A stretch of DNA of 64,000 nt. Origin: an uncultured Gemmatimonadales bacterium (lineage in GTDB: Bacteria > Gemmatimonadota > Gemmatimonadetes > Gemmatimonadales > GWC2-71-9). A model generated the notes under the pieces. That model worked only from the letters and a program-made list of their open reading frames with translations, was not told where the DNA came from and did not search any database. Position numbers and translations under genes: made by a program. Of the stretch, positions 9,797-19,830 are shown one piece after another (position 1 is the first letter of the stretch; each line of letters begins with the position of its first letter). Location of the stretch: assembly GCA_963821525.1 (NCBI GenBank), contig CAWGED010000012.1, forward strand, positions 64,001 to 128,000, in the 5' to 3' direction.

Positions 9797-10690
9797 ATGG
9801 CATCACTCAACGAGAGCCGGGGCAAAGTTTTCTTTCGTCCAGTTGCAACCGGCGCGTTCGATCAGTACCTGCAGGACATTCAAAAGTTGCCGATGATCAC
9901 CGATCCCGCCGAGGAGAAACGGCTGGCCCGGCTGGTCCAGAAGGGAGATGAGAAGTCGGCGGAACGCCTGGTAACGGCCAACCTGAGATTCGTCATCTCC
10001 TACGTGAAGAAGTATCAGGGCCACGGTCTGGATCTCGCCGAGCTGGTGGCGATCGGCAACGAAGGGCTCCTCAAAGCAGTTCGCAAATTCGATCCCGATC
10101 ACGGCGTGAAGTTCATTTCCTACGCAGTCTGGTGGGTGCGGCAAGCGGTTCTCAAGGCGCTTGCCGAACAGACTCGCAGCGTACGCATCCCGCTCAACCA
10201 GAATTCGGCGCTGATCAAGATGTCCCGCGCCGAGACCTTCCTGTCGCAGGAGCTGGGACGCGAGCCGACCGATGAAGAGATCGCAATGGCACTGAACGAC
10301 TCGGTCGACAACATCCGCTCCGCTCGACGCATGACGTCGGCGGAGCTTTCGCTTGATGCTCCCCTGGAGCGGGGCGACAAGAATGCGGGAACGCTCGGGG
10401 AGCGCTTTGCCGGGCCCGAAGGATTCGACATCGAGGAGAAGACCGACGCTCGGCTCACCCGCGAGTTCATCGATCGCATCTTCGAGCGGTACCTGACTCC
10501 ACGCGAGCGCAAGATCCTCTACCTCTACTACGGGCTCGAGGAAGGCTCCGAGGCTCTCACGCTGGAGAAGATCGGCGAGCTGCTGGGAGTCACCCGGGAA
10601 CGCATTCGCCAGATCCGGGAACGCGCCTTCGAGAAGCTGCGCCAGTCGCCGGACGTGAAGGGGCTGAAGGGGCACTGGATAGCGGCGTAG
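9797..10690 (+). CDS. RNA polymerase sigma-70 factor, RpoD/RpoS-like, lacking region 1.1
   Basis: LVTANLRFV, GLLKAVRKFDP, FISYAVWWVRQA, TLEKIG...TRERIRQI. Confidence 0.95.
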   Translation: MASLNESRGKVFFRPVATGAFDQYLQDIQKLPMITDPAEEKRLARLVQKGDEKSAERLVTANLRFVISYVKKYQGHGLDLAELVAIGNEGLLKAVRKFDPDHGVKFISYAVWWVRQAVLKALAEQTRSVRIPLNQNSALIKMSRAETFLSQELGREPTDEEIAMALNDSVDNIRSARRMTSAELSLDAPLERGDKNAGTLGERFAGPEGFDIEEKTDARLTREFIDRIFERYLTPRERKILYLYYGLEEGSEALTLEKIGELLGVTRERIRQIRERAFEKLRQSPDVKGLKGHWIAA

Positions 10691-10852
10691 TGAGTAGGGA
10701 GTAGGGGGTAGGGAGTAGACGAACTGGCTGGTCATCGTCGCCCTCCGGGGAACTTCTCCGGAGGGCTTTGCGTTGCCCCTCCGGGCCGCGACCTCTCACG
10801 CCCCCTACTCCCTACCCCCTACTCCCTACTCCCTACCCCAGACTCCCCTACT
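10690..10852. repeat. Inverted pair of GGGAGTA / TACTCCC heptamer arrays
   Basis: gagtagggagtagggggtagggagtag versus cctactccctaccccctactccctactccctacccc. Confidence 0.9.
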
Positions 10853-10860
10853 TTCCAACC

Positions 10861-11508
10861 ATGCTCCCGCTCTTTCCCCTCACAACCGTGCTGTTTCCCG
10901 GCGCCCCGATGCCGCTCCACATCTTCGAGCCCCGCTACCGGCAGATGCTGGCGGACTGTCTCGAGGGCGACCGCCGCTTCGGGCTGGTGCCCGGAGAGCA
11001 GGCGGAACCGGGGGCAGTAGGCTGTATCGCCCACATCCGGGTGGCGCAGCCACTAGCCGACGGCAGGTCCAACATCGTCGTCATGGGGGAGAAGCGATTC
11101 AGGCTGCTCGCTGTCGAAGCCGCGGAGCATCCATACTTGATGGGTCGAACCGAGGACTATGAGGATCGGCCCGAGAGCGCGCCCACGTCCCAGGACCAGA
11201 GCGTCCTTATCGACCTCGCGGGGCGGTACCGCGAGTTGCTCCGAGTGCTGATGGACGGGGCCGGTGAGTCAGCCGAGTGGTCCAGCGAGCCAGTCCCGCT
11301 CTCATTTCAGGTCGCTGCCCTGCTGGAAGCTCCACTCGAGATTCGGGTGCGGCTGCTCGCGACTCGTTCCACCACCGCGCGGGTCAAGGTGCTCATCGAA
11401 GTGCTCCCTCCGTTGCTGCGCGAGGCGAGTACCCGGGTCGAGGTCCATCTCCGCGCGCCCAGCAACGGGGTGGGCGGCCCTCATCACGAGATCGTCGCAG
11501 AGGGATGA
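10861..11508 (+). CDS. Lon N-terminal substrate-binding domain protein
   Basis: LPLFPL..VLFPG..PLHIFEPRYRQM. Confidence 0.9.
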   Translation: MLPLFPLTTVLFPGAPMPLHIFEPRYRQMLADCLEGDRRFGLVPGEQAEPGAVGCIAHIRVAQPLADGRSNIVVMGEKRFRLLAVEAAEHPYLMGRTEDYEDRPESAPTSQDQSVLIDLAGRYRELLRVLMDGAGESAEWSSEPVPLSFQVAALLEAPLEIRVRLLATRSTTARVKVLIEVLPPLLREASTRVEVHLRAPSNGVGGPHHEIVAEG

Positions 11509-12920
11509 AGCCGGATCTTGGCGAGCGGCTGAGTCGTATCGTCGGACCTCGCTGGGTCCGAACCCGGGCCGCCGAGCTCGCCACGTACCGGGCCGACGGC
11601 CTCCCAACTCACGAATCCACTCCTGGCCTCGTGGTGCTGCCGGGATCCCGTGCCGAGGTGATCGAGCTGCTGCGGGAGCTCAGGGACCGCGGCGTGCCCT
11701 TCGTGGCCCGGGGCGCCGGCACCGGACTCTCGGGCGGAGCTCTGGCCAATCCGGATACCGTTCTCATCACCCTCACGCGCTTGAACCGGATTCTGGCGAT
11801 TCAACCGGAACGGCGCCGTGCCGTGGTCGAACCCGGCGTCGTGAACCTTCGGCTCTCCGAGGCGGCCCAGAAATTCGGGCTGCACTACGTCCCCGACCCC
11901 TCGAGTCAGAGCGCCTGCACCATCGGAGGGAACGTGGCGGAAAATGCCGGCGGGCCGCACTGCCTCAAGTACGGCGTCACCACGAACCACGTCACCGAAG
12001 TGGAGGTCGTGCTGCCCAGCGGTGACACGGTTCATCTGGGTTCCCCGCATGGAGAGCCCTGGGGACCAGACCTGGTCGGCTTGTTTGTCGGGAGCGAGGG
12101 GATGTTCGGCGTGGCCGTCTCCATCACCGTTCGGCTCGAACCGATCCCCGCCGCGGTGCGCACGGTGTTCGCCGAGTTTCTGGCGCTGCGCGACGCGAGC
12201 GAGGCGGTGACCGCGATCGTCTCCTCGGGAATCGTTCCCGCGGCACTGGAGATGATGGACCAGTCCTGCATCGCGGCGGTGGAAGCTTCCATCTACGCCA
12301 CCGGTGCCCGGACCGATGCGGCGGCGGTGCTGCTCGTGGAGCTGGATGGCTCCGAGCGCACCGTCGAGGCTGAGTCGGCGATCATCGAGCGGCTGCTGCG
12401 TGAAAACGGAGCGCGAGACGTGCGGAGCGCATCGACCGCCTCCGACCGGGCCCGGCTGTGGCAAGGCAGGAAGAAGGCGTTCGGAGCATTGGGACGGCTG
12501 GCACCGGACCTCGCGGTTCAGGATGCGGTGGTGCCCCGCTCCGCCTTGCCCGATGTCCTGGACCGAATCGCGGGCATTCGGGATCGGCTGGGCATTCGGA
12601 TAAGTAACGTATTCCACGCGGGCGACGGTAATTTGCATCCTTGCATCAGCTTCGACCGGCGCCAGCCGGGACTCACGGCGAAGGTCGAGGAAGCCAGCCG
12701 GGAGATCATGCGGGTCTGTCTCGACGCCGGCGGAAGTATCACCGGCGAGCACGGAGTAGGATCGGACAAGATGGATTACATGCCGTGGGCCTTCAGCGCG
12801 GCGTCTCTCGAAGCGATGTGCGCGGTACGGCGGGTCTTCGATCCCGATAACCGGGCAAATCCCGGCAAGGTCTTCCCCCTGCACACCTGCCGGGAGTGGC
12901 GGCAGGCAGGAGTCGCATGA
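11505..12920 (+). CDS. glcD: Glycolate oxidase FAD subunit GlcD
   Basis: RGAGTGLSGG, PDPSS..CTIGGNVAENAGGPHCLKYG, HAGDGNLH, GEHGVG; first gene of a glcDEF arrangement. Confidence 0.85.
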   Translation: MKPDLGERLSRIVGPRWVRTRAAELATYRADGLPTHESTPGLVVLPGSRAEVIELLRELRDRGVPFVARGAGTGLSGGALANPDTVLITLTRLNRILAIQPERRRAVVEPGVVNLRLSEAAQKFGLHYVPDPSSQSACTIGGNVAENAGGPHCLKYGVTTNHVTEVEVVLPSGDTVHLGSPHGEPWGPDLVGLFVGSEGMFGVAVSITVRLEPIPAAVRTVFAEFLALRDASEAVTAIVSSGIVPAALEMMDQSCIAAVEASIYATGARTDAAAVLLVELDGSERTVEAESAIIERLLRENGARDVRSASTASDRARLWQGRKKAFGALGRLAPDLAVQDAVVPRSALPDVLDRIAGIRDRLGIRISNVFHAGDGNLHPCISFDRRQPGLTAKVEEASREIMRVCLDAGGSITGEHGVGSDKMDYMPWAFSAASLEAMCAVRRVFDPDNRANPGKVFPLHTCREWRQAGVA

Positions 12921-14131
12921 GCGAGGCGCTGTATACTCGGCTTCAGGCGCTGCTCGGACCGGGCGGTGTCGAGCGTGACGCCAAGGGGCTCCCCCGTGCG
13001 GTGCCCGAGAGCGATGACGCCCTCGCGATGGTCTGTGCTCTCGCGAGCGAGGAGGGGTGGAAGGTCCGGCTCGAGGGAGCCGGCACCTGGCTCCCCGCGG
13101 ACGCCCCGGCCGATCTGAGCCTCAGCACGAGAAGCCTCAATCGGTTGATCGCCTTGAATCCGGCCGACCTGGTCGCGACGGTGCAGCCCGGGATGCCGAT
13201 CGAAGCGCTGCAGAGCGAGCTGTTCGCCAAGGGCATGTGGCTCGCCATGGATCCTCCGGGGAGACCCGAGCGCACCATCGGATCCATCGTCGCGACCGGA
13301 ACCGCCGGACCGCTGCGGCATGGATTCGGTCCGGTGCGAGATCATGTGCTGGGTTGTACCGCGGCTACCGGAGACGGACGCCTGGTCAGCGCGGGAGGAC
13401 GGGTCGTAAAGAACGTCGCCGGTTACGATCTGACCAAGCTTCACGTCGGCGGCTTCGGTGGATTCGGCGCCATCGCGGAGCTGCACCTTCGACTGCGCGC
13501 CCTGCCCGAGGTTGATAGCACACTGCTCGCGCGGGGGACGAGGGATGCGATGGTCCGGGCCGGGCGTGATGCACGGGAAGCCCAGTCGGCAGCCGTGGCA
13601 TTGGAGCTCTTCTCGCCCGCCCTGGCGGCGGACGCGGAGTGGGTGCTCGCCGCGCGGCTGATCGGAGCCACTGCGGCGGTCGAGGCGGAGCGTGAACGGC
13701 TCGCCAAGGCGACCGGGCTCACCTGGGATCCCGTAGCCTCTCAGAGAGAGAGTGCCTTCTGGGGATTGGCAGCCCGAGGGGCCCTCGCGGGTCCGCTCAC
13801 CCTCAGGTTGGGCGTCCTGTTCGATGGCATGGACGACGCGCTCGATCTGGTCCGGGAGCACTTCGATGAAGGCCTGGTTTCGGCAGGCTTGGGAAGCGGC
13901 AGCATTCGCTGGACCGGCGACGTGCCTACCGATCGCCTCGTCACCCTGCGGCGCATCGCGGCGACCCGCGAAATCCCGGTAACGCTGGAGCGGGCGCCAT
14001 GGGGAGTCCGCCAATCAGTCGGTCATTTCGGTGCGTATCGAGAAGGCGTGGGACAACTGGTAGGACGCTTGCGCGAAACGTTTGATCCGCGTGGATGCCT
14101 CTCGGTCGCACTCGAGGGCAGCGTTTCGTGA
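12917..14131 (+). CDS. glcE: Glycolate oxidase FAD-binding subunit GlcE
   Basis: GGRVVKNVAGYDL; ATGA-coupled to glcD. Confidence 0.8.
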   Translation: MSEALYTRLQALLGPGGVERDAKGLPRAVPESDDALAMVCALASEEGWKVRLEGAGTWLPADAPADLSLSTRSLNRLIALNPADLVATVQPGMPIEALQSELFAKGMWLAMDPPGRPERTIGSIVATGTAGPLRHGFGPVRDHVLGCTAATGDGRLVSAGGRVVKNVAGYDLTKLHVGGFGGFGAIAELHLRLRALPEVDSTLLARGTRDAMVRAGRDAREAQSAAVALELFSPALAADAEWVLAARLIGATAAVEAERERLAKATGLTWDPVASQRESAFWGLAARGALAGPLTLRLGVLFDGMDDALDLVREHFDEGLVSAGLGSGSIRWTGDVPTDRLVTLRRIAATREIPVTLERAPWGVRQSVGHFGAYREGVGQLVGRLRETFDPRGCLSVALEGSVS

Positions 14132-15366
14132 CCCTGGATCTGACATCGCTCGATCCCTGCGTGCACTGCGGATTCTGCCTGCCGGCATGCCCAACCTACG
14201 CCGTCACCGGAGACGAAGCGGACAGTCCGCGCGGCCGGATCGTGCTCATGCGCTCGCTGGAACGAAACGAGATTCCAGCGGATGATCCCGCTGCCCGTCA
14301 ACACCTCGATACCTGCCTCGGCTGCCGGGGCTGCGAGCCGGTCTGTCCTTCTGGCGTGGGATACGGACGTGGCCTCGAGGCAACCCGGGAGCTCCTCGCG
14401 CAGCAGAACGGCATCCCGCCAGTCGCGCGCCTACTGCTCGGAACATTCGGGAATTCGCTCTGGGGAAAGCCCTTCTTCTTCCTGCTGAAGACGCTGCGGA
14501 ACCTCGGTCTGGCCGATTCGCTGAGTGGGAGCGGACGGATCGGTTTCGGTCTGGGGATGATCGCGGCCACCAAACCGGTCCACCGGGAAAGCCCCACGGC
14601 ACCCCGAGTTCCGGGCGGTTCACGAGGCACGGTCCGGATCTTCACCGGCTGCATCATGAACGGATTGTTCTCCCACGTTCACGCGGCGACTCGCCGAACC
14701 CTCGAGGCGAATGGTTATCAGGTAGTCGAGACAGAAGGACAGCTCTGCTGCGGCGCCCTGCACGCCCATGCCGGCGACCATCCCGGTGCGGTTCGTCTTG
14801 CCCGCGCCAATCTCGCGGCGTTCGGGCCCGGCAGCGAACCAGTGGTAGTAAACAGCGCGGGGTGCGGTGCTCTGCTCAAGGACTACGGGCATCTGCTAGG
14901 CACGGCGGAGGGGAAAGCCTTCGGCAACCGGGTGCGTGACGTTTCGGAGCTCCTTGCCGATGCAGGGCCAGTCCCCGGCGGAGAGCTTTCACTCGAGGTC
15001 GCGTACGACGCCCCTTGCCACCTGCAGCACGCTCAGCGAGTCCAGGCTGCGCCGCTGGCTGTCCTGAACGCCGTTCCGGGACTCAGGCTCCGGGTGCTGC
15101 CTGACTCGGACCGCTGTTGTGGCAGCGCCGGCATCTTCTCCGCCCTGCAGCCCGCCATGTCGCGAGCGGTTCTGGAGACCAAGATCTCGTCATTTGCCGA
15201 AGCCACACCTCGGCTCGATTTCGTGGCTACTGGGAATCCAGGCTGTCACATGCAAATCGGAGCCGGGCTGCGCGCCGCTCGTCTCCCGATCCAGGTGGCC
15301 CACCCGGTCGAGCTGCTGGATTGGTCGTACGAGGTGGGGGGAGTGTATGGGAGAGGGCTGAGATAA
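14128..15366 (+). CDS. glcF: Glycolate oxidase Fe-S subunit GlcF
   Basis: CVHCGFCLPACPT, CLGCRGCEPVCPS and two CCG domains. Confidence 0.85.
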   Translation: MTLDLTSLDPCVHCGFCLPACPTYAVTGDEADSPRGRIVLMRSLERNEIPADDPAARQHLDTCLGCRGCEPVCPSGVGYGRGLEATRELLAQQNGIPPVARLLLGTFGNSLWGKPFFFLLKTLRNLGLADSLSGSGRIGFGLGMIAATKPVHRESPTAPRVPGGSRGTVRIFTGCIMNGLFSHVHAATRRTLEANGYQVVETEGQLCCGALHAHAGDHPGAVRLARANLAAFGPGSEPVVVNSAGCGALLKDYGHLLGTAEGKAFGNRVRDVSELLADAGPVPGGELSLEVAYDAPCHLQHAQRVQAAPLAVLNAVPGLRLRVLPDSDRCCGSAGIFSALQPAMSRAVLETKISSFAEATPRLDFVATGNPGCHMQIGAGLRAARLPIQVAHPVELLDWSYEVGGVYGRGLR

Positions 15367-15367
15367 A

Positions 15368-15423
15368 AGGACTGAGGACTGAGGAGGGGATCGCACTCCC
15401 TACCCCTCAGTCCTCAGTCCTTT
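15368..15423. repeat. Inverted AGGACTG / CAGTCCT heptamer pair
   Basis: aggactgaggactgagg ... cctcagtcctcagtcct. Confidence 0.85.
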
Positions 15424-15451
15424 CTCCTCACTACTGCTGCTACTTTTCAGG

Positions 15452-16111
15452 ATGGACCGCGCCATCCTCTTCGATTTCAATGGGGTCATCGTCGATGACG
15501 AACCCCAGCATTGCGACGCGCTGATCGCGACGCTCGCTGAGTACGGTCTCCCGCTCAGCCGCGACGACTACTATCGCGATTACCTCGGCTTCGACGACAG
15601 GGAGTGTTTCCGGTTCGCCTTCGAGGGGAACCGGCTTCGGGCCGACGACGGTGTGCTCGATCACGCGATCGAGCGCAAAGCAACCCTGTATGAGAAGGCC
15701 ATTCGCCAATCCATGACGCTCGTGCCAGGCTCAACCGACTTCATTCGGGACGCGTCCCGCAGGGGCTATCGTCTCGCCGTTGTCTCCGGCGCGTTGCGCC
15801 GGGAGATAGAGCTGGTGCTGTCGCTCGCCGGATTGCGAGACTTGTTCGGGGTGGTGATTGCCTCGGAAGACGTGAATGCCTGCAAGCCCGATCCCCAAGG
15901 CTACGAGCGGGCGCGCGTGACGCTGGCACTGCCCTCCGAACGATGCGTGATCATCGAGGACTCCCTTCCCGGCTTGGGCGCCGCCCGCCGAGCAGGCATT
16001 CGCTGTGCAATGGTCGCGACTTCCCATTCGGCGACTGATCTGCGGGCTGCCGACCTGGTATGGCAGGACCTCCGGGGCCACACCGCCGACGAACTGCCCT
16101 GGTCCGCATGA
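15452..16111 (+). CDS. HAD-family phosphatase
   Basis: FDFNGVIVD, KPDP, IEDS. Confidence 0.9.
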   Translation: MDRAILFDFNGVIVDDEPQHCDALIATLAEYGLPLSRDDYYRDYLGFDDRECFRFAFEGNRLRADDGVLDHAIERKATLYEKAIRQSMTLVPGSTDFIRDASRRGYRLAVVSGALRREIELVLSLAGLRDLFGVVIASEDVNACKPDPQGYERARVTLALPSERCVIIEDSLPGLGAARRAGIRCAMVATSHSATDLRAADLVWQDLRGHTADELPWSA

Positions 16112-17097
16112 GCGCTCCCCGGGTTTCCCTCGATCGCGCGCGGCTCGACCGCCTCCGCCAGGGGGCGGTTGTGGTTCGGACCGAGCCTGCGGCGTTCAAT
16201 GTGACCGGCATGGGGGCACTCCAGTGTCTCCAGGGATTGCTCACCAACGACCTCGTCAAACCGGGTGATCACAGCCTCGTGTATGGGGCGCTGCTTACTC
16301 CGAAGGGGATGATCGTGGTGGATTTCTGGGTGCTGCGGCGGCCCCAGGGGTTCCTGCTGCTGGCGGAGCGCGATGGCCGCGAGGCCGCCCTCGATCTCTT
16401 CCAGCGCCAGTTACCGCCCCGACTGGCCCGGATGGAAGATCTCACCGGGCAAGTGAGCGCGCTCTGGTTGTTCGGCGAGAATGTGCTGGGTACCCTGCGC
16501 TTCTCCCGAATCGGACCCGTGCCCGAAGCCGAAGGCCGACTCGCCGAAGGTGCCCCCGACTCCGAACTCTTGATTGCGAGGCCCCACGCCAAGGCACCGT
16601 TTCAAGCGCTGGTGACGGGAGCCAATGACGAAATCGAGAAGGCAATCGCGACGCTCACCAGGGCCGGGGCAACCGTGGGAGACGAGCGGGAGACGGCGGC
16701 GGCCCGGATCCTCGCGGGCTGGCCCGCACTGGGTGCCGAGATAGGAGAAAAGACGCTGCCCCAGGAAGTCCGCTATGACGAACTGGATGGGGTCTCGTAT
16801 ACCAAGGGTTGCTATACCGGGCAGGAGACAGTGGCCCGGTTGCACTTCCGCGGCCACACTAATCGTGGGCTGCGCGGGCTTATCTGGCAGGAGGGAGACC
16901 TGCCTCCGGGGAGTTCGGTTACCACCGATGATGGCAAGGAAGTCGGCACCGTGCGCTCCACCCTCTTCCTTCCCGACCGATCGGTGGCGCTCGCGCTGCT
17001 TCGTCGCGAGGTGGAACCAGGGTCCTTTGTGACCGCGTCGGGCCGGCCGGCAATCGTCGTCGCCCTGCCCTTCGACGTAGACCTGCTGCTCGCGTGA
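16108..17097 (+). CDS. YgfZ/GcvT folate-binding protein
   Basis: LQGLLTND and the YgfZ signature KGCYTGQE. Confidence 0.9.
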   Translation: MSAPRVSLDRARLDRLRQGAVVVRTEPAAFNVTGMGALQCLQGLLTNDLVKPGDHSLVYGALLTPKGMIVVDFWVLRRPQGFLLLAERDGREAALDLFQRQLPPRLARMEDLTGQVSALWLFGENVLGTLRFSRIGPVPEAEGRLAEGAPDSELLIARPHAKAPFQALVTGANDEIEKAIATLTRAGATVGDERETAAARILAGWPALGAEIGEKTLPQEVRYDELDGVSYTKGCYTGQETVARLHFRGHTNRGLRGLIWQEGDLPPGSSVTTDDGKEVGTVRSTLFLPDRSVALALLRREVEPGSFVTASGRPAIVVALPFDVDLLLA

Positions 17098-17124
17098 TCC
17101 AGATCACTATTCCATGAAACACAA

Positions 17125-17146
17125 GGGCCGCCTTGTGGCGGCCCCC
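17125..17146. terminator. GC hairpin between convergent genes
   Basis: gggccgcc-ttgt-ggcggccc. Confidence 0.55.
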
Positions 17147-17177
17147 GAGCGGCGATTCAGCAATTGCGACCAGGCGA

Positions 17178-17342
17178 TTACATCGAGTGCGCGGTGTCGC
17201 GGGGCATGCTGTCCGGCTTCATGGCGCCTGAGTCGGCCGGTGCCGGCGCACCCATAGTCGAGTCGGCCGGCGGAGTCTGGGCCTTCTTCGGACCGCACGC
17301 CGTCAGAGCAAGCAGGGCGGCCAGCGTGAGAACCTTCTTCAT
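17178..17342 (-). CDS. 54-aa small lipoprotein, not in the ORF track
   Basis: MKKVLTLAALLALTACGPKKAQTPPADSTMGAPAPADSGAMKPDSMPRDTAHSM; AGGAG RBS; LTAC lipobox. Confidence 0.8.
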   Translation of the reverse strand: MKKVLTLAALLALTACGPKKAQTPPADSTMGAPAPADSGAMKPDSMPRDTAHSM

Positions 17343-17512
17343 TGGGACTCCTCTAAGGTTACGAGTGATGCACAGCTAGGCTCGAGCCCCGTCATGGGGC
17401 GACAAACCGCGCGCAAGTTTATTAGCGAGTGCTCCATTGTCAAGCACCGGGGACCGGCTTGGTCATGCGTTACATTTTCCTCGGGTCGCCAGTCCCTACT
17501 AATCTTATACTC

Positions 17513-18982
17513 ATGTCCACCCTTCCCCAGACCCTCGGCGAACTCAAACGTAGCCGCTGGGCCGAGCCACCGCTGCGCGGCCGGTCGGTGCGCGACGAAA
17601 TCCGCGCCAACGTCCTGCGCATGATACAATCCGGCGAAGACCTCTTCCCCGGCATCGTGGGCTACGAAGACACCATCGAGCCCCAGCTGATCAACGCCCT
17701 GCTCGCCCGACATCCCATCATTCTCCTCGGCCTCCGAGGCCAGGCCAAGAGCAGGATTCTGCGACAACTCACCCGCTTTCTGGACGAGGTGATTCCCATC
17801 CTCGAGGGGAGCGAGGTGAACGATGACCCCTTCGCGCCGATCTCCAAGTTTGCCCGGGAGCGAATCGCGCAGTGCGGCGACGCTACGCCGATTGACTGGC
17901 TGCACCGGGACAACCGCTACGTCGAGAAGCTGGCCACCCCGGACGTGACCATCGCGGACATCATCGGGGACGTGGATCCGATCAAGGCCGCCCGCGGCGG
18001 GCACCTCCTGGCCGACGAGCTCAGCATGCACTTCGGTCTGCTGCCCCGTGCGAATCGTGGCATCTTCGCCATCAACGAGCTGCCGGATTTGAGCGGCAAG
18101 ATCCAGGTGGGCCTGTTCAACATCATGCAGGAAGGCGACGTCCAGATCAAAGGCTATCCGGTCCGCCTGCCGCTGGACGTAATGCTCGCCTTTACGGCGA
18201 ACCCCGAGGACTACACCGCCCGCGGCAAGATCATCACACCGCTCAAGGACCGGATCGGATCCGAGATCACGACCCACTATCCCCGCTCGGTGGAACTGGG
18301 GATGGCGATCACCGCGCAGGAAGCATGGTCCGAGCGCGGAGGCTTGCCGCTGGATCTTCCCGACTTCGTGCTCGAGCTGATCGAACGTGTAGCGTTCGAA
18401 GGCCGCGAGGACAAGCGGGTGGACAAGCGCTCCGGAGTGAGCCAGCGGCTGCCTATCAGCCTACTGGAGCACGTGATCTCCAATGCGGAGCGCCGCTCAC
18501 TCACTCACAGCGAGCCGAGGGTGACCCCAAGGGTGAGCGACGTGTACGCCTCGGTGCCGTCCATTACCGGCAAGCTGGAGCTGGAATACGAGGGAGAGCT
18601 GCAGGGCGGCGAGTCCATCGCGAAGGAACTCATCCGTCGCGCCGCCGGTCACACGCTGGAGGAACGGTTGGGAGGGCGCAACCTTGATCGCGTGGTGGCC
18701 TGGTTCGACCAGGGTGGCGCGCTCAAGGTGAGCGGGGACGAGCGGAGCGAGGTGTATCTCAAGGGACTGCGGGTGGTGCCGGATCTGTGCGACGCCGCGA
18801 CCGATGCTGGGCTGGCCGAGGGCCGCGACTCAGCGCGACTCGTTGCCGCGTGCGAACTGATCCTGGAAGGACTCGCGGCGGAGAAGCGGATCAGCCGCAA
18901 TGAGGAGGTGGGATATACCCGCGCGAAGCCGGAGAGACGGGAGCCGGGTGGGGGATATCAGAAGGGGCTGGGGTTGGGGTAA
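17513..18982 (+). CDS. Mg-chelatase-like AAA+ ATPase (Rv0958-like)
   Basis: GLRGQAKS Walker A, INELPDL, YTARGKIITPLKDR. Confidence 0.85.
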   Translation: MSTLPQTLGELKRSRWAEPPLRGRSVRDEIRANVLRMIQSGEDLFPGIVGYEDTIEPQLINALLARHPIILLGLRGQAKSRILRQLTRFLDEVIPILEGSEVNDDPFAPISKFARERIAQCGDATPIDWLHRDNRYVEKLATPDVTIADIIGDVDPIKAARGGHLLADELSMHFGLLPRANRGIFAINELPDLSGKIQVGLFNIMQEGDVQIKGYPVRLPLDVMLAFTANPEDYTARGKIITPLKDRIGSEITTHYPRSVELGMAITAQEAWSERGGLPLDLPDFVLELIERVAFEGREDKRVDKRSGVSQRLPISLLEHVISNAERRSLTHSEPRVTPRVSDVYASVPSITGKLELEYEGELQGGESIAKELIRRAAGHTLEERLGGRNLDRVVAWFDQGGALKVSGDERSEVYLKGLRVVPDLCDAATDAGLAEGRDSARLVAACELILEGLAAEKRISRNEEVGYTRAKPERREPGGGYQKGLGLG

Positions 18983-18984
18983 AT

Positions 18985-19075
18985 GGCAGATTGAAGATTT
19001 CAGATTGACCGATTGCCGATTGAACGGCGGCTCGCAAAAATCGGCAGTCAGCAATCTTCAATCTGCAATCTTCCA
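18985..19075. repeat. Inverted GCAGATT / AATCTGC heptamer pair
   Basis: gcagattgaagatttcagattgaccgattgccgatt versus aatcggcagtcagcaatcttcaatctgcaatctt. Confidence 0.85.
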
Positions 19076-19086
19076 ACTCTGAATTC

Positions 19087-19710
19087 CTACCAACCTCTCG
19101 CCCTCGCCAGTCCCACCACTACCTCCGCGGCGCCCTCGAATCCCAGCAGCCCCGTGTTGAGAATCGCGTGATAGTGAGCAGGATCGTCCCAGTCCCGTCC
19201 GTAGTACTCCTTGTGATATCGGGACCGGCGAGCGTCAATCTCGTCCATGTATTTCTCGGCCGCACGAGGATCGAGCTTCTCGGCCTGGGCGGCGTACTTC
19301 GCGCGGAATTCGCGCGGCGCCACCAGCTTCACGTGCAGAGCGTCGGTCAGCTGGCCGATTACTGCCGGCGCTGCACGGCCCACCAGGACAGCCCGACCCT
19401 CCGCCGCCACTTCCTTCACCACCGCCTCGGTGATCCGAACCAGGCTGGGCTCGTCTCTCGGCAGCGCGGCAGCTCCCAGCTCGGGGACCGCCAGCTCCTG
19501 CGATGAGACCGCAAGCGTGCGAGCCAGCCGTTCGATGAAGCTGGGGGCCCGCTCCTCCTGACGCGCCACCTCCACCGGTGAGAGCTTGGCGCGCTCCGCC
19601 ACCCGGTCGATGATCTCGTTGTCCACCACGGACCAGCCGAGCCGCGCGGCGACCAATCGCGCCACCTCGGAACCGCCTGCCCCGTACTGTCGGGAGATCG
19701 TGATGACCAT
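19087..19710 (-). CDS. Cytidylate kinase-like family protein
   Basis: ITISRQYGAGG, LVGR, WDDPAHYHAILNT. Confidence 0.85.
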   Translation of the reverse strand: MVITISRQYGAGGSEVARLVAARLGWSVVDNEIIDRVAERAKLSPVEVARQEERAPSFIERLARTLAVSSQELAVPELGAAALPRDEPSLVRITEAVVKEVAAEGRAVLVGRAAPAVIGQLTDALHVKLVAPREFRAKYAAQAEKLDPRAAEKYMDEIDARRSRYHKEYYGRDWDDPAHYHAILNTGLLGFEGAAEVVVGLARARGW

Positions 19711-19745
19711 GGGTGAGAAGCTACGGTTAGTGGTGGATGTGGACA

Positions 19746-19830
19746 ACGTGAGATGTGAGAGGTGAGAAGTGAGAGGGAACTGCACTGAGGATGCCTTCAC
19801 CTCTCACGTCTCACCTCTCACCTCTCACGT
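19746..19830. repeat. Inverted GTGAGA(G/T/A) / TCTCAC(G/C) heptamer pair
   Basis: gtgagatgtgagaggtgagaagtgagag versus tctcacgtctcacctctcacctctcacg. Confidence 0.9.
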
